Origin: Phoronis australis
Taxonomy: Eukaryota > Animalia > Phoronida
Direction: 5' to 3'
Assembly (NCBI GenBank): GCA_002633005.1
Contig: NMRA01000628.1
Span: forward strand, 108,611 to 164,167
Length of the DNA stretch: 55,557 bases
Shown one piece after another: positions 34,216 through 45,919 of this stretch (its first letter is position 1; every line of letters begins with the position of its first letter). A program made the translations under genes and the position numbers. Below the pieces are notes generated by a model that ran no database searches, was not told where the DNA came from, and worked only from the letters and a program-made list of their open reading frames with translations.

Positions 34216-36893
34216 TTAAAGGATTCAGCCGAAATAAATACCGCTGTTGTAAATGTGCTTTCGTGCATAGCATGCCTTTGTTGCAGAACCTTTCTAGAAA
34301 TAACTATGTTGTTGAGGATTTAATCAAGTGTAGCTGATAATTACGACATTACAACTAATCCCTGTTTAGTCCGGCCCTATTGCAGACCATACCAGTTTTC
34401 AAAGGCCTGATATCAATCATTAGTCGACAGGCTCACCTGGTCCGATGTCTCCACACGAACGCCAATATTATCAACCTCGCTGAATGAATACATCAGCGAA
34501 GACAAGAATCAACTAAAGCGTGCTCTGTTTTACTGAAAGGACACGTACCATTTGATGATTCATTTTAATAAGGAGGGTTTGCGTTAAAGTTGACTGATTT
34601 TAATGAAGGTGTAGCCGCCGACAGATCTGAGTATTATAACAGTTGTGTCAATGCCAGTAGCATGACTATAGTTTCGTTATAGTCTGAGTAATAACTGTAC
34701 AACATTTAACGTTAAAAGCTGAATGTCATGAAGTACTGGGAGAATGTATACAACGTAGAAAAGAGCACTGCGATTGGCTTATATGTTGTTTTCCAGAACA
34801 ATTCCGATCATTTCAGCACACAAAATATGGTAATATTCAGAGCATGCGTACAACGTAAAAAATTTTGGTTGTTTGATATGACCTTTATAAAGGGCATGAT
34901 AAGCATGACGGACGCTTCATAATGGAGACTGTACATCGATATTCAAGTTGAGTGAACCACAAACAGCTTCGTTCGTTTTACCCATGCAGACACGTATAAA
35001 AAACACCATTCGTTATCAAAACAACTGTTGTAAGAAATTAATGTCACTGAAAACATTTTTGCGGTGAACAATACACATCGTATGAATAATAAAAGGTGTC
35101 GAATAATGCATTAACTTTTCAGTCGATTTTAATTACATCTTTGTATAATTATGAAATATTGGATTTCACAATAAACATGAGCAATTTAGTGTTGCAAAGT
35201 AGTACTCCATTTAATTGGTAAATGTTCACCAATATACTCGTCTCTCGGGCCTGTTGCATTGCTCAGTGAACATGGTGTAACACAACTTTGGGTTGCATGT
35301 TATATTTTCACGAGACTCACTCAAATTGTTTCCACAGCTGATGATTTCCAGTGTGGTTGCAAAATGCTACCTCAATGGAGGCCAGGGAATGGACTTTGTT
35401 GGCCAGTGGGCCAGAGTTTGACGAAGATCTATTTGTCTGTTGAATTGGTAGCCTTCTGTGGCCTTGGGGGTTGTTTGGTGACGACAGATAATCTAGAGTT
35501 TTGGTGCATGTTCGAAGAAACAGACTGAAGTTCCTTTTTGACACAAGTCTAAGATTTGTCTTAACTTACAAGCTTTGAAACTTCCACATCCGATAAGTAG
35601 AGAAAACTTATGTCAAACACCTAAGTCAAGCTTACGACCTCTTTTTTGATATGGTTTTGAGACAAATTTAAGTTTTATTTTAAAATTTACTAAAGTTTAA
35701 GATTTGTCTTAGCTAAGCCAGTTTTGTTGGAACAGGCCCATGGTCTGCTTTTGTCTTAAAATTTCATTCTGTATTGGCTATGTGCTCTGACAAAACCAAT
35801 CGCATGACATTCCTTGCCTCATAGTATTCTAGAACATCGAAATCATTCTGGTGACCAAAGAAAATTCTTCTGAGGGACTATTCTAAAATTACGAACCCAA
35901 CAGTAGTGCTTGTACGCATTGTGTGTCACTTGTTGGCTCATTCGGCTGCAATTCATAGCTGAACAGTGACGAAATGCCGCTTTAGCTTCGCAGCATATCT
36001 TAACAAGGACATTTCAGGCAGTTATTCGGACTATGTTAGTTTTCATACATGTATTTCGGTCATGCCTTATCCCTTACGCTTTATCGAGTCTGCGGCCATT
36101 TTAGGAAACCACTGAAGTATACGTGTCAAACGAAAGGTTAATGTCGCTTAAATTGTCGTATTTATGTTGTTGTTCCTAGCACTTGTCACATAAACAATCT
36201 TTTATGGTTATGTTAGAAGATGGGGTAAATCCGGTGGTTTACATGTATCGTGCATCTAAACCAACCAGATTTTGTGGAGTCAGAGTGAATCGTAAAGAAT
36301 ACTTCGTTGTGTTTGCTGTTTTCAAGGATACGTATGTTGTTTGTGAGAAGCGTGCACTTTCAAGCTGCAAAATGTTCATATCGTCTTTGTATTGGCTCAG
36401 TAGCCATCTACTATGTTCTATTTTTAGAGTGGTGATACTTTTTGTATACTTCGAGGGGTCGTACTTGTTATAACTGCGGATTTTTGTTTTGTGATCTGCT
36501 TAATTTCGGAACTTTATCGAAATGTTATTTTGTTCCACTGAATCTGTCATCAGTGGGTGTGCTTGTGCCACCAATGGAATGATCATTCTGACATCGTGGG
36601 TGACTAGAATATGTTAGTGTGACACAGACTAGGAGTCGCTATCGTATAGACTAATTTTCTTGCGAGATCGCGCTAGTGATCACGAGACCGCGCTTGAAAT
36701 CACACAAGCAGCAAATTCCTTCGTCTACGGAACGCAGCTTAGGACTCGTGACCATCAAACTGTAGTCGAGACTAGACTCGAAAACCGACATAATCTGGTC
36801 AATGTTCTAGTGTAGGTCTCGACTAAAGTATAGTCACGTGGTCTCGTGCACAAGGCATTTGAATATTCAAACAAATTTTGAAATGTCTCAATC

Positions 36894-36899
36894 TTTATT
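36894..36899 (-). terminator. Candidate polyadenylation signal of the secreted-precursor gene
   Basis: AATAAA on the minus strand about 270 nt after the stop codon. Confidence 0.5.
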
Positions 36900-37167
36900 G
36901 CATAGGCAAAGGAGTTGAAGTCGGTTGTTTCTTTTGCATACAAGTCCTTTTTTTCTTTCTACGAAACGCTGCAAAAATCTCAATAAAAATTGACGTAGCC
37001 CCTAGGCATCGAACCTACGTTCAAAGTATTGCCGATGTCCCTATCGCTTTTTACGTTTTGCCGAATAAGTTGTTTTAAACAATCCCATCACCAGACTTTA
37101 GTTGCTGTTAAAGCATTATGGTGGTATATTTCTATTTATGGTAGATTTCCAGAACGCCTTATTCCTC

Positions 37168-37524
37168 TCAGTTAAGTTTGACCTTTTCGAGCTCCTTCAA
37201 GATGCTGCTTAGTTTTTGCTTCAGTACCTTCTTTTCTTCTTCCTCGCTTGCCTCTTTTGTTGGAGCCTCTTCTTTCTCTTGAACCTTCTCCTCCGTAACT
37301 GGAGCCGCCTCCTTTTCTTCAACACTACTCTTCGAAGCCGTGGATCCTTCTTCCGCCTCTTCTTTCTCTTTCTTCTCAGCGGGCTCCTTTTCTTCCGTTC
37401 CCTGCGCTTCTACTGAGCCTTCTTCCTCATTTTCTTTCTTGTCAGCCTCCTGTGTCTTCTCGTCAGTTTTCGCCAAATCTTGAAGTGAAGACTCCTCAAT
37501 GCTGTCTTCTTCCTGGCTTTGCTC
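37168..37524 (-). CDS. Secreted precursor last coding exon (Glu/Lys-rich, amphipathic C-terminal helix)
   Basis: atattccag| acceptor, in ORF 37168..37695, TGA at 37170..37168. Confidence 0.88.
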   Translation of the reverse strand, partial: EQSQEEDSIEESSLQDLAKTDEKTQEADKKENEEEGSVEAQGTEEKEPAEKKEKEEAEEGSTASKSSVEEKEAAPVTEEKVQEKEEAPTKEASEEEEKKVLKQKLSSILKELEKVKLN

Positions 37525-40500
37525 CTGGAATATATTGCAAGTCGATAAGTTTATGGTCACAACCAAAGGGAATATGCTCACACTACGTTTCAGCTGTCCG
37601 AAGTACGGTTGTCCGTCGAATTTTTCACAACTTGGAAAGCTGCTTTCGCCGTCACAACAAAAATGTATTTGCCAAACTTCATTCAAAACCGTCAAAGTAG
37701 CATGAAGGTACAGTGGAAAACCTAAAACCTAAAACTGTATTACGGATCTGAAATTGGTTGTCATCACCTTCATCGGAACACATTTAAGTCTCACTATGCT
37801 CTGCAAGGGGTAAAGGAGACACAGCCGCGGACGCCAGACGCCCAGACAGAGATGACGGCAATATGCACATAATACAAACGCAGGGTGTTAACAGTTTGTG
37901 TTAGCAAAATGATACATGTATCCACAGGCTGCTCCATACACAGGCACGTGTCGCTACAAGGTAAGGATGAATATTCTGGACATACCTTTTCTATAGGCTG
38001 TGGCTGTTCCTCCATATTTTCCGCTTCTGTAAAAGGCAGGCCAAGATAAAGTGTGTTGATTCTACCAGCGAGTTTACGCTTAGCATTTTACTATCTAAAA
38101 ACTGACAATATTTTCAAATGCAATCTTGGTTAACTGGGTTAAATAAATTGGGCGCGTAGTCTTGCCTTTTTGGGTCCAGAATCGAAAGCTATAAACCGCC
38201 AAAAACAGCAGACACCTATAGATGTAGCAAGAATATCCTTTAGAACTGAATACGCTACAGTGTATCTCACTCTGCATGCTCCATGTGCGTCCCCGGCTTG
38301 CAATCATAAATTTCCAAATTTACGTCAACTGAATGGTTCTATTTTTAAAGAAAATGATAAATTGCTATACCGAGTCGTCTCGGGACAACAACATCTGGGC
38401 TGCCTCTTGCCAAGCCCAAGAAAATTGTCACGCATAAACGATTCGTTGATTTGATACCAACAAGAGTTTGAGTACAAATTCTAAACTGGGACATTATACA
38501 GTAGGAATTCGTAGTTAAAATTCTCTTTCGTAGTTAAAATTCTCTCAACCGTGCAATTATTGTTTCGCATAGAGTTCACGTTTCGTGCATTGTGCATGTT
38601 GACAGTCTACGAAATAGGATTATGTCTAAACGTTCCGTGCAGAGGAGAAACGGGGGTTGGTGAATAGTCCGAATAGTCGCAAGTACGAACTCAAATGTTG
38701 CACATTCTATTCCAATGCTGACTCTATAGTCCAAATAATCTATAGTCTGAAGTGATAATAGCTGGAAGGGTCTGTAGTCGGAATGGTCTACAAGCAAAAC
38801 CGCATTTACTTCGGATTAACAAAACCTTCAGGTCATAGAAATTTTGGTATGGATAACTTTACAGCCCAATGAGCTCGTGTATTGGATCCATAGTACGAGA
38901 GATCCAAGCGTCAAGAGTTGTTCAAAAATACCTTTCGGACTAACAACTCCCCAGATTAACAAACCAGGCTGTAAATTTTGACCAAGCAAATTTGTGTAGG
39001 TTTGAGAAAATATTCTTCCTACACCTAAGACCACGGATGCTTGTCTGTCTAATCTTAACCAAAGCTCCAGTCGGTTTTTGACAATTTTCCAGTAATGAGG
39101 CCTACAAATTCCTTAGCCACTCGAACGGTCGCTTCTTTGTCCAAACTACCCTCTGATTTGCCATGCAAATTATCTGACGAAACCAACGATTCGTCCTACT
39201 TCCACATTATGAGTTATCGTTCCTCCCAATCCCTGTACGTTTCCAACAGTTAACCTGGCGCCTTCACTAGTGTCTCTACTTCACCGTTCTATACTTACCC
39301 TCAATGGACTCCTTCTTGCTGAACTCTTTTTCTTCAGGTTGATCTTCACCCGTCATCTCTTTGTATATCATGTCAGCCAAAAAGTTGCTCTCTTCCTCTT
39401 CCCGCTCCTGCATGTCTGTGCCATCTTCAGGAGTGTCGCTAATTAAATCCTCATCGTAGACCCTTTCCTCCTCATCAACGTTCTCATCGTTCATAGATTG
39501 GTCCTCGAAGCTTCTATCATCTGCATTTAAATACCCGTCGTCCATGTTCTCGTCTTCTTCTTCTTCACTCATCTCCTTCTCGTTCTCATCCAAGGGTTCC
39601 TCATCCTCTTCGTCAAAATCGTTTTCGTCATATTCGCCTCGTTCTTGAAGGACTTCTCCTTCTTCGTCGCTCCAGTCTTTGTCAACATCTTGTTCACGCT
39701 GGTTCAGTAACTGAAAACGCCACAAGACAGTTACCTGTTATTACAAATCCGTCGTTGACGCTATTAATGACCAGAACGTGATGCATTTTAAGACTTTATT
39801 GGGAGACAGGTGCTTGTTGAGGTAATGATCTGGAAATTCAGCAAGCTAACGTCTCTAGTCGTTGTCAACATTTTGTGTGTTGTTATCTATACATGTACGT
39901 CTAAACTTGGGCATGTGGGTCCTACTGCCAATCCTTGCCGACTCCGTACCTTTCAGTTTCGACGAAACTGCACCCCCCACACCTCGTGTTCCTGGCATAA
40001 TCGCGTGTAACTACATAAACCTCTTTAATTCAATTGCAAAGTAAGCATCGATCACGCTTTTTTAATAAAAGTATTTGCACGAGTTAGTAAAGGATAAGAC
40101 CTTTTTCCTGATAGTACACATTGCTGGAATTTTGGGATGCAGCCTATATTTCGAAAGGATAGTACAGTATGTAATTAATCTTTGGCTTGAATTATGAACA
40201 CAGGCAGATCAAATTCTGTTGAATCAAAGGTCTAAATTGGTTAGCAGTGAAAAGGGTGATGGGCCATGCTACAGTTTTTACCCCTTCATTGTCTGTCTAA
40301 TTTGCTATGAAATTGACCGTTTATGGTCAGATATTTGTGGAATATCTCCAATTGATACTGGAACATAGACAGAATGAAACCAACCAATGCCGACGTCCAG
40401 AAAACTTAAAACCATCACTTTCAGCCGAGGAACATCTATATCCCACAATTCTCTATCCGTAAAAAGTCCAAACCACATGTCTTTGTTTTGGCAGCGTTTC

Positions 40501-43500
40501 GTGTATTTTTGTCTGCAACTGATGGAACAACTGTGGAAACGCCCAAGTAAACATGAAACAAGAATGAATAGTTAGGTTTCTGGTATAATAGCTGCTGATA
40601 TAACTTTGTGACATCCTCACCTGATCCTCGGATTTCTCGATGGCTGTTTCTTTTGCCGCTTCTGCAAGCAACAGTGAACATGATGGAGAAGTATATTATT
40701 GCAATCTGATGAACAGAATTTGGAAAAAGTAAATCTCGCTTATTGTCCCGGACGCCCATCTGTCAGGCATTCAATTACACGTGACGGTGTCATGTGAAGC
40801 GACAGTGGTCCTCCCTCTACACTAGTAAGGTCCTTTGTATCTCAATGGATAGTGGACAAGGAATAACTATTTCAAACAGTGTTATATATCGATAAATTAG
40901 TTGCAGGCGGTACACGTTGTACCAGACGTGCGCAGGCCGCTTAGTTGGGCCCATTGCGCTGATCACATGAAACTATTTTAAGCTTTATTGGTATGTATTT
41001 AAAACCGAGCTGAGGAGCTAGAGGCCCGATTCAAGGGTCTAGTAGTGTGCCCCAGGGGGACTCGAATCCCCGACTTCAGTAAATGAACAGGACACTTATT
41101 CCAGTAGACCACTCTTCCTGCGCTTGAAAAACAGTGTTACAACTCGAACAATCATTTTTGACACACTTCTATGTACTACGAATGAAACTCGCTTCAAATT
41201 TGAAAAAAAAAATGTAACACTGAGCAGTGGCTTTCTTTATGCTCTTTGGTTGTGCTCGACTGGATCCCCACTTTAAGGAATCGACGATTCGGATTGTCAT
41301 TTCTACAATCATTTTCTACATTAATTGTATTTTTTTTATTAATTTTCTACATTATTTTTATTTCTACATTCATTTTCTACATTAATTGTAATTTTTTTAT
41401 TAATTTTCTACATTATTTTTATTTCTACAATCATTTTCTACATTACTTGTAATTTTTTTATTAATTTTCTACATAATTTTTATTTCTACATTCATTTTCT
41501 ACATTAATTGTAATTTTTTATTAATTTTCTACATTATTTTTATTTCTACAATCATTTTCTACATTACTTGTATTTTTTTTATTAATTTTCTACATAATTT
41601 TTATTTCTACAATCATTTTCTACATTTCTTGTAATTTTTTATTAATTTTCTACATTATTTTTATTTCTACAATCATTTCCAACATTAATTGTATTTTTTT
41701 ATTAATTTTCTACTTTATTTTTATTTCTACATTCATTTTCTACATTACTTGTATTTGTATATTTATATTCTTTTTCTACAACATTCACATTCTGTACAAT
41801 CATTTATTACATCATTTTTCATTGCATTTCTGAATTCATTTTCTTCATTATTTGTAGTTGTACATTCATTTTCTACAGTACTTGCATTTGTACATTCCTT
41901 TTCTACATTATTTGTATTTCTAAGGTTATTTTCTCTTTTTGTATCTCCGTTCATTTTCTTCAATAGTTTCATTTCTAAGCTTATTCTCTGCATTTTCATT
42001 GTTTACATTTTTGTATCTCTCCACTAGTTTTCTATCTTATTTGTATTTCTACGTTCATTTTTCCCATTATTTTCTCCTTCTTATATTTTTACTTTCACTT
42101 CCTACATTATTGATATTTCGACATCCATTTTCTACGTTATTTGTATTAGTTCCAGCCTATTGCATTCCCTTTGGTCCTTCCGGGGCCATTGTAAAAAGGA
42201 CATATACATGCTTTCTTAACTCTCAAAACGAAAGAATTCCCAACAGTAGCTGTCTGATCAGTAAAACAGTCCTGAGTGTTTTCACAGATTAGTGACTGTT
42301 GGAGTAGCGCAATGTCTTTAGTGCAGGTGTTTAATTATGGGTGTAACTGTTAACATGAAACTTTAGTCAGGGTTATAGTCGTGCAATCGTTTTGTAATGA
42401 ATAATTAACCATATGTTCCAGCGGACGCTTTTAAAAAATCATACTTTCATAGATCGAACTGTTGAATCGATATGAATATGGCGCCCACCGTATATGCCAC
42501 CATTTTGTCTTCTTATTTGCAGTCATGAAGCTCGGGGACAATCCAAGAATGTCCGTGGGATTACAGCGATTCCCAGTCCACGCGAATCTATCCCATTTTT
42601 GTTTGAATGACAAAAATACTTGCATTTTATAAAATTGAACTGCTGCCTTTTGAAAGTAAAAATTTTGATGGTTCCTCTTCAATCGCTTGTTGTCTATGGA
42701 GACATGAAAGGGAGACCGTCACGATTCAAAATTTATTTGTTCACCATCGCGATGACTGCACCTTTTTGATCTTTGAACCCCCGAAGCAATATTTGTTCTC
42801 AAATGTGCATCAATTTATGCCGACTACAAAAAAGAATATTTATAAAAAAGAATATTTATGCAGTCTAGTCACGCCAAAATCTTGGCCGTGCCAACAGAAT
42901 ATGTCGTGACTTCCCTAAGGCAGTGTTCAGGTACTTATGAATATGGCAATTTGACGACTTGAAAAGACATAGTGTCTACGTTAATCAGAAACAAGTGACA
43001 TAAATCAAAGCTTTCAGGTCGCCGGTCTATATAGTTAATGCAAACACTGCACTTACACACGCGCCGACAAATGCAACCCAGTCAAGTGCACGTAGATGTA
43101 CTTCGAAATGTTTTCAATTTTGGTTAAAGATAACCTTTCCGCTTCAGCCCAAATACATGTATTGCCTATTCAATACATTTTAAATATTTTCAAGCTCAAA
43201 TGAATTTGATATTATTTTTTGTTTAATTTTTACTTCTAGTGCTGCACCACCACATAAAATGGCCGCCGTAGTGAGTGACAGCTGACCCATGTATTGGGAG
43301 TTCTTTCTCAACTGCCGCCATAATGTAATGAGGTTTCCACGGAAATCCCGCCTACTTAAAAGAACATTAAATCCCTAAAACTTTATCTAAAGATAATTGT
43401 TGCACGGTGCTTAAAAATGTGTTAACTCAGCTTAATGATCATAAAACGTTTATTTGAAGCTACTTATCTTTTATGAAAAAAATAAAACACCAGACTGTAT

Positions 43501-43893
43501 CCAAATTGTCGAGCTTTAGTTGTGCAGTGTATTAATGAATTTACATATTGTCAAATTCGAAGGATTTTTAATACGAGATTGCCGGTCTGCAAAAGGTTAG
43601 GGAATCATACTACATCTACTTCTGTTGCTATTTTGGTTTGTTCCAACAAACTACTATTACCTGATATTTTTAATTCTATAATAATGATGATGATGATAAT
43701 AAAAACGCTATTGATAAGATAATTATATGGCATCATTATCACTATTATATTAATATTACTTTGAGCCTCACCACGAGATGGCAGTGGCAACCTTGATGTT
43801 TTCGCTGTTGTTGCTATACTTACGGGATATGTCTGATGGTCGTGCAGCGACAAGGGCAAAGCACACCAGAGCTAGTAAGGCAAAAGTCTTCAT
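37168..43893 (-). CDS. Uncharacterised secreted precursor protein, 389 aa: complement(join(37168..37524,37986..38026,39299..39710,40621..40661,42445..42693,43824..43893))
   Basis: Six GT-AG-bounded exons with matching phases (1,1,0,1,0), 1170 nt with no internal stop; N-terminal signal peptide MKTFALLALVCFALVAA, RLKR site, Glu/Asp-rich tail, ends LKQKLSSILKELEKVKLN*. Confidence 0.8.
37986..38026 (-). CDS. Secreted precursor coding exon 5 (41-nt microexon, EAENMEEQPQPIEK)
   Basis: ccttttacag| ... AAG|gtatgt; phase 1 to 0 joins exons 4 and 6. Confidence 0.8.
39299..39710 (-). CDS. Secreted precursor coding exon 4 (Asp/Glu-rich)
   Basis: gttttcag| ... G|gtaagt; lies in ORF 39276..39725. Confidence 0.88.
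40621..40661 (-). CDS. Secreted precursor coding exon 3 (41-nt microexon, KAAKETAIEKSEDQ)
   Basis: gcttgcag| ... CAG|gtgagg; phase 1 to 0. Confidence 0.75.
41301..42140. repeat. AT-rich minisatellite, ~30-bp unit arranged as ~59-60-bp dimers
   Basis: TTTTCTACATTATTTTTATTTCTACAATCA alternating with TTTTCTACATTACTTGTAATTTTTTATTAA; homogeneous to ~41760 and degenerate beyond; intronic in the secreted-precursor gene. Confidence 0.9.
42445..42693 (-). CDS. Secreted precursor coding exon 2 (HNKRLKR + cationic aromatic domain)
   Basis: tctccatag| ... A|gtatga, 249 nt open, phase 1 to 1; overlaps ORF 42431..42682. Confidence 0.7.
43824..43893 (-). CDS. Secreted precursor coding exon 1 (signal peptide MKTFALLALVCFALVAARPSDIS)
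   Basis: Acceptor ttactttggcag|A immediately before the ATG (implies an upstream non-coding exon); donor C|gtaagt; classic n/h/c signal peptide. Confidence 0.82.
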
Positions 43894-44339
43894 TCTGCCA
43901 AAGTAAAGAAAATAAAACTAAATTTGTACCAAGGGCGCACGAATCAAACAACAGTGAATTGGTGCACACTGAATAACCCCACGCCATTGCCGTTGAAAAG
44001 TTTCCTTGATTGGAAGGGGTGTCACAGAACAAATGTGAAATTAAAGCCACTGGGTCGACCACATTAGACGGCCTCCAAGCGGTGGGGCCACATTTTTACC
44101 TCTCTCCCTATCCCTTCACATTCGTGCAGTATCCACCCCTCCCCCGTACGTGCATTTAAAGCCTCTAAACTACTGTAACTCGCAGTGACAGTCAATTGAA
44201 TGTACTTGGTTTTAAGCAACAATGACTTGTCGTTTTTTTTCAATACCAGACATCACTTCAAACTCTTCGTGTGAGACTTCATGCACGATTTTGGGAATTC
44301 TTTGAGATTGCTTCTTGAGAACATTTACCTATGACAAAT

Positions 44340-44666
44340 AGATTACTGCAAATGGCAATTAGATGACGCTGACTGCGTCTAATCCGTCTGAAAATATAAC
44401 AAATGTCGAGATAACCAACATGTATTTGTCAATGTCATGAAAATCTGTCAAAGAACTCTGGTAAAAGTAAACTACTAAAATCGCAAATAGGGGCACTGGT
44501 GTAGTAGGGTCCATTCGAAAGTCTGCGTCCTCCGTCGTCATCTTCGTAGGAACACATCTGCCTACTTACATAAAGATCGTTTAAAGGTTTTTGATGATGA
44601 GCATCGGACGTCCCGACATAGATGACGGCAATTTGAAAACACACATGTGGATATGGGCGCATAAAA
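44340..44666 (-). mobile_element. HINE-family 5' fragment (a shorter fragment also at ~37795..37872, minus strand)
   Basis: GATGACGGCA...ATGGGCGCATAAAA matches window positions 213-259. Confidence 0.6.
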
Positions 44667-45171
44667 CATTGGAGTGTGCATGGCAATTTGCTTTAAAGAA
44701 CAAGAAGAGACTAATTTCATTAGCACTGAGTTGCCGAAGTAAACAGTTCGTGTACGTTGGCAGCATATTTTCTTCAACTTGACATTATACGTTTTAGGGA
44801 TTAGTGTTGTTGGGTGGGATTGACCAGAACTTTGAAACAAAAAATCTGTTTTTGATATATTATGAATTGCTGATTCTAACCAACACCACTTTCTAACAAA
44901 CATTTGATGAAATCTAGACCGACGACTTTGCAATTAAATACGCATAAAATTCCCTGCCATTTATTGCATTGTGTTTAGTTTATCCAGCGGAGCGTTAGAC
45001 TGTAACATCGATGGTTGCATGCTTGTTTACGCGCTGGGGCTAACCTCAGAAACCGATAAATGCCAATTGCCAGCCTCTGTAAGTATGCGAATCTACACAA
45101 TACCTCGTTTTCCCTCCCTTTTCTTTTGGTGAGTCCCTGCGGATGGACACGAGCTGTCTTCAACATCTCTC

Positions 45172-45919
45172 TTGGCGCTTTTTATTGCCCATCTTTCCAG
45201 AGATTATTATTTTATCTTTATGTTATTTGTACACTCATATTTCTGTACCTTATCAGTCATAATAAATGACCTTATATCGCTTATACACGGTCTCCTTTGT
45301 ATCTCTGGAAACGGAGCTTGCGACGCACCTATTATTTTCGGGACATATTCCGAACATAAATGATATTTCACTCGTTAAATATATTTATGTGAGAATATGG
45401 ACTTGTCCCACTTATACCCCCTTCTTTCGGAATGGTCCATTAATCCTTTGTGTAGATTCGCATGCGGTCCTCCTGCACTCGAGGCACTAGGACATTCCAT
45501 TTCCAGCCTCACTATTGGTTCGTTTGTGTTGCTGCCACGAGTTTGGTCAGCTCCTGGCTCCCATAGGCTGATGATTGTCACGTGTCATAGGGCTCCTTTG
45601 TTCTCAGTAAAGTTATATATCCTGCCATCAGTACTTCGCTTAAGCAGCACTTAGGTTCGAGTCTAATCTCTCTTCATTTTTTCCACCCTCCACCATTCTC
45701 TCCTTTGGGTGGTTCCTCTAACCTGAGTGCTGGCACTTTTTATTGCCCATCTTTCTAGAGATTATTATTTTATCTTTATGTTATTTGTACACTCATATTT
45801 GTGTACCTTATCAGTCATAATAAATGACCTTATATCGCCTATACACGGTCTCCTTTGTATCTCTGGAAACGGAGCTTGCGACGCACCTATTATATCTGGG
45901 ACATATTCCAAACATAAAT
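45172..45919 (+). repeat. Near-identical ~190-bp direct repeats (45172..45361 and 45731..45920) around a ~370-bp spacer; probable retroelement terminus
   Basis: TGGC(G/A)CTTTTTATTGCCCATCTTTC...AACATAAAT occurs twice with few mismatches; each copy contains AATAAA. Confidence 0.8.

Noticed and set aside
38508-38545. 19-bp perfect tandem duplication TTCGTAGTTAAAATTCTCT
   Set aside because: Simple local slippage or excision footprint in an intron; no further structure.
37168-39725. Assignment of the acidic exons to a named gene (ASPH/junctin, neurofilament, chromogranin)
   Set aside because: Similarity is compositional only; no diagnostic motif recognised, so no symbol is given.
41045-41120. 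tRNA gene (also 54878..54947 and 29921..29985)
   Set aside because: A/B boxes and a T-arm are present but no acceptor or anticodon stem folds; treated as tRNA-derived repeats.
41301-41760. Regular repeat considered as a CRISPR array or coding repeat
   Set aside because: No unique spacers, no cas genes, stops in the purine-rich strand; it is an intronic minisatellite.
45560-45600. Hammerhead ribozyme core (CTGATGA) in the direct-repeat spacer
   Set aside because: No stem II followed by GAAA; other CTGANGA sites I examined also failed to fold.
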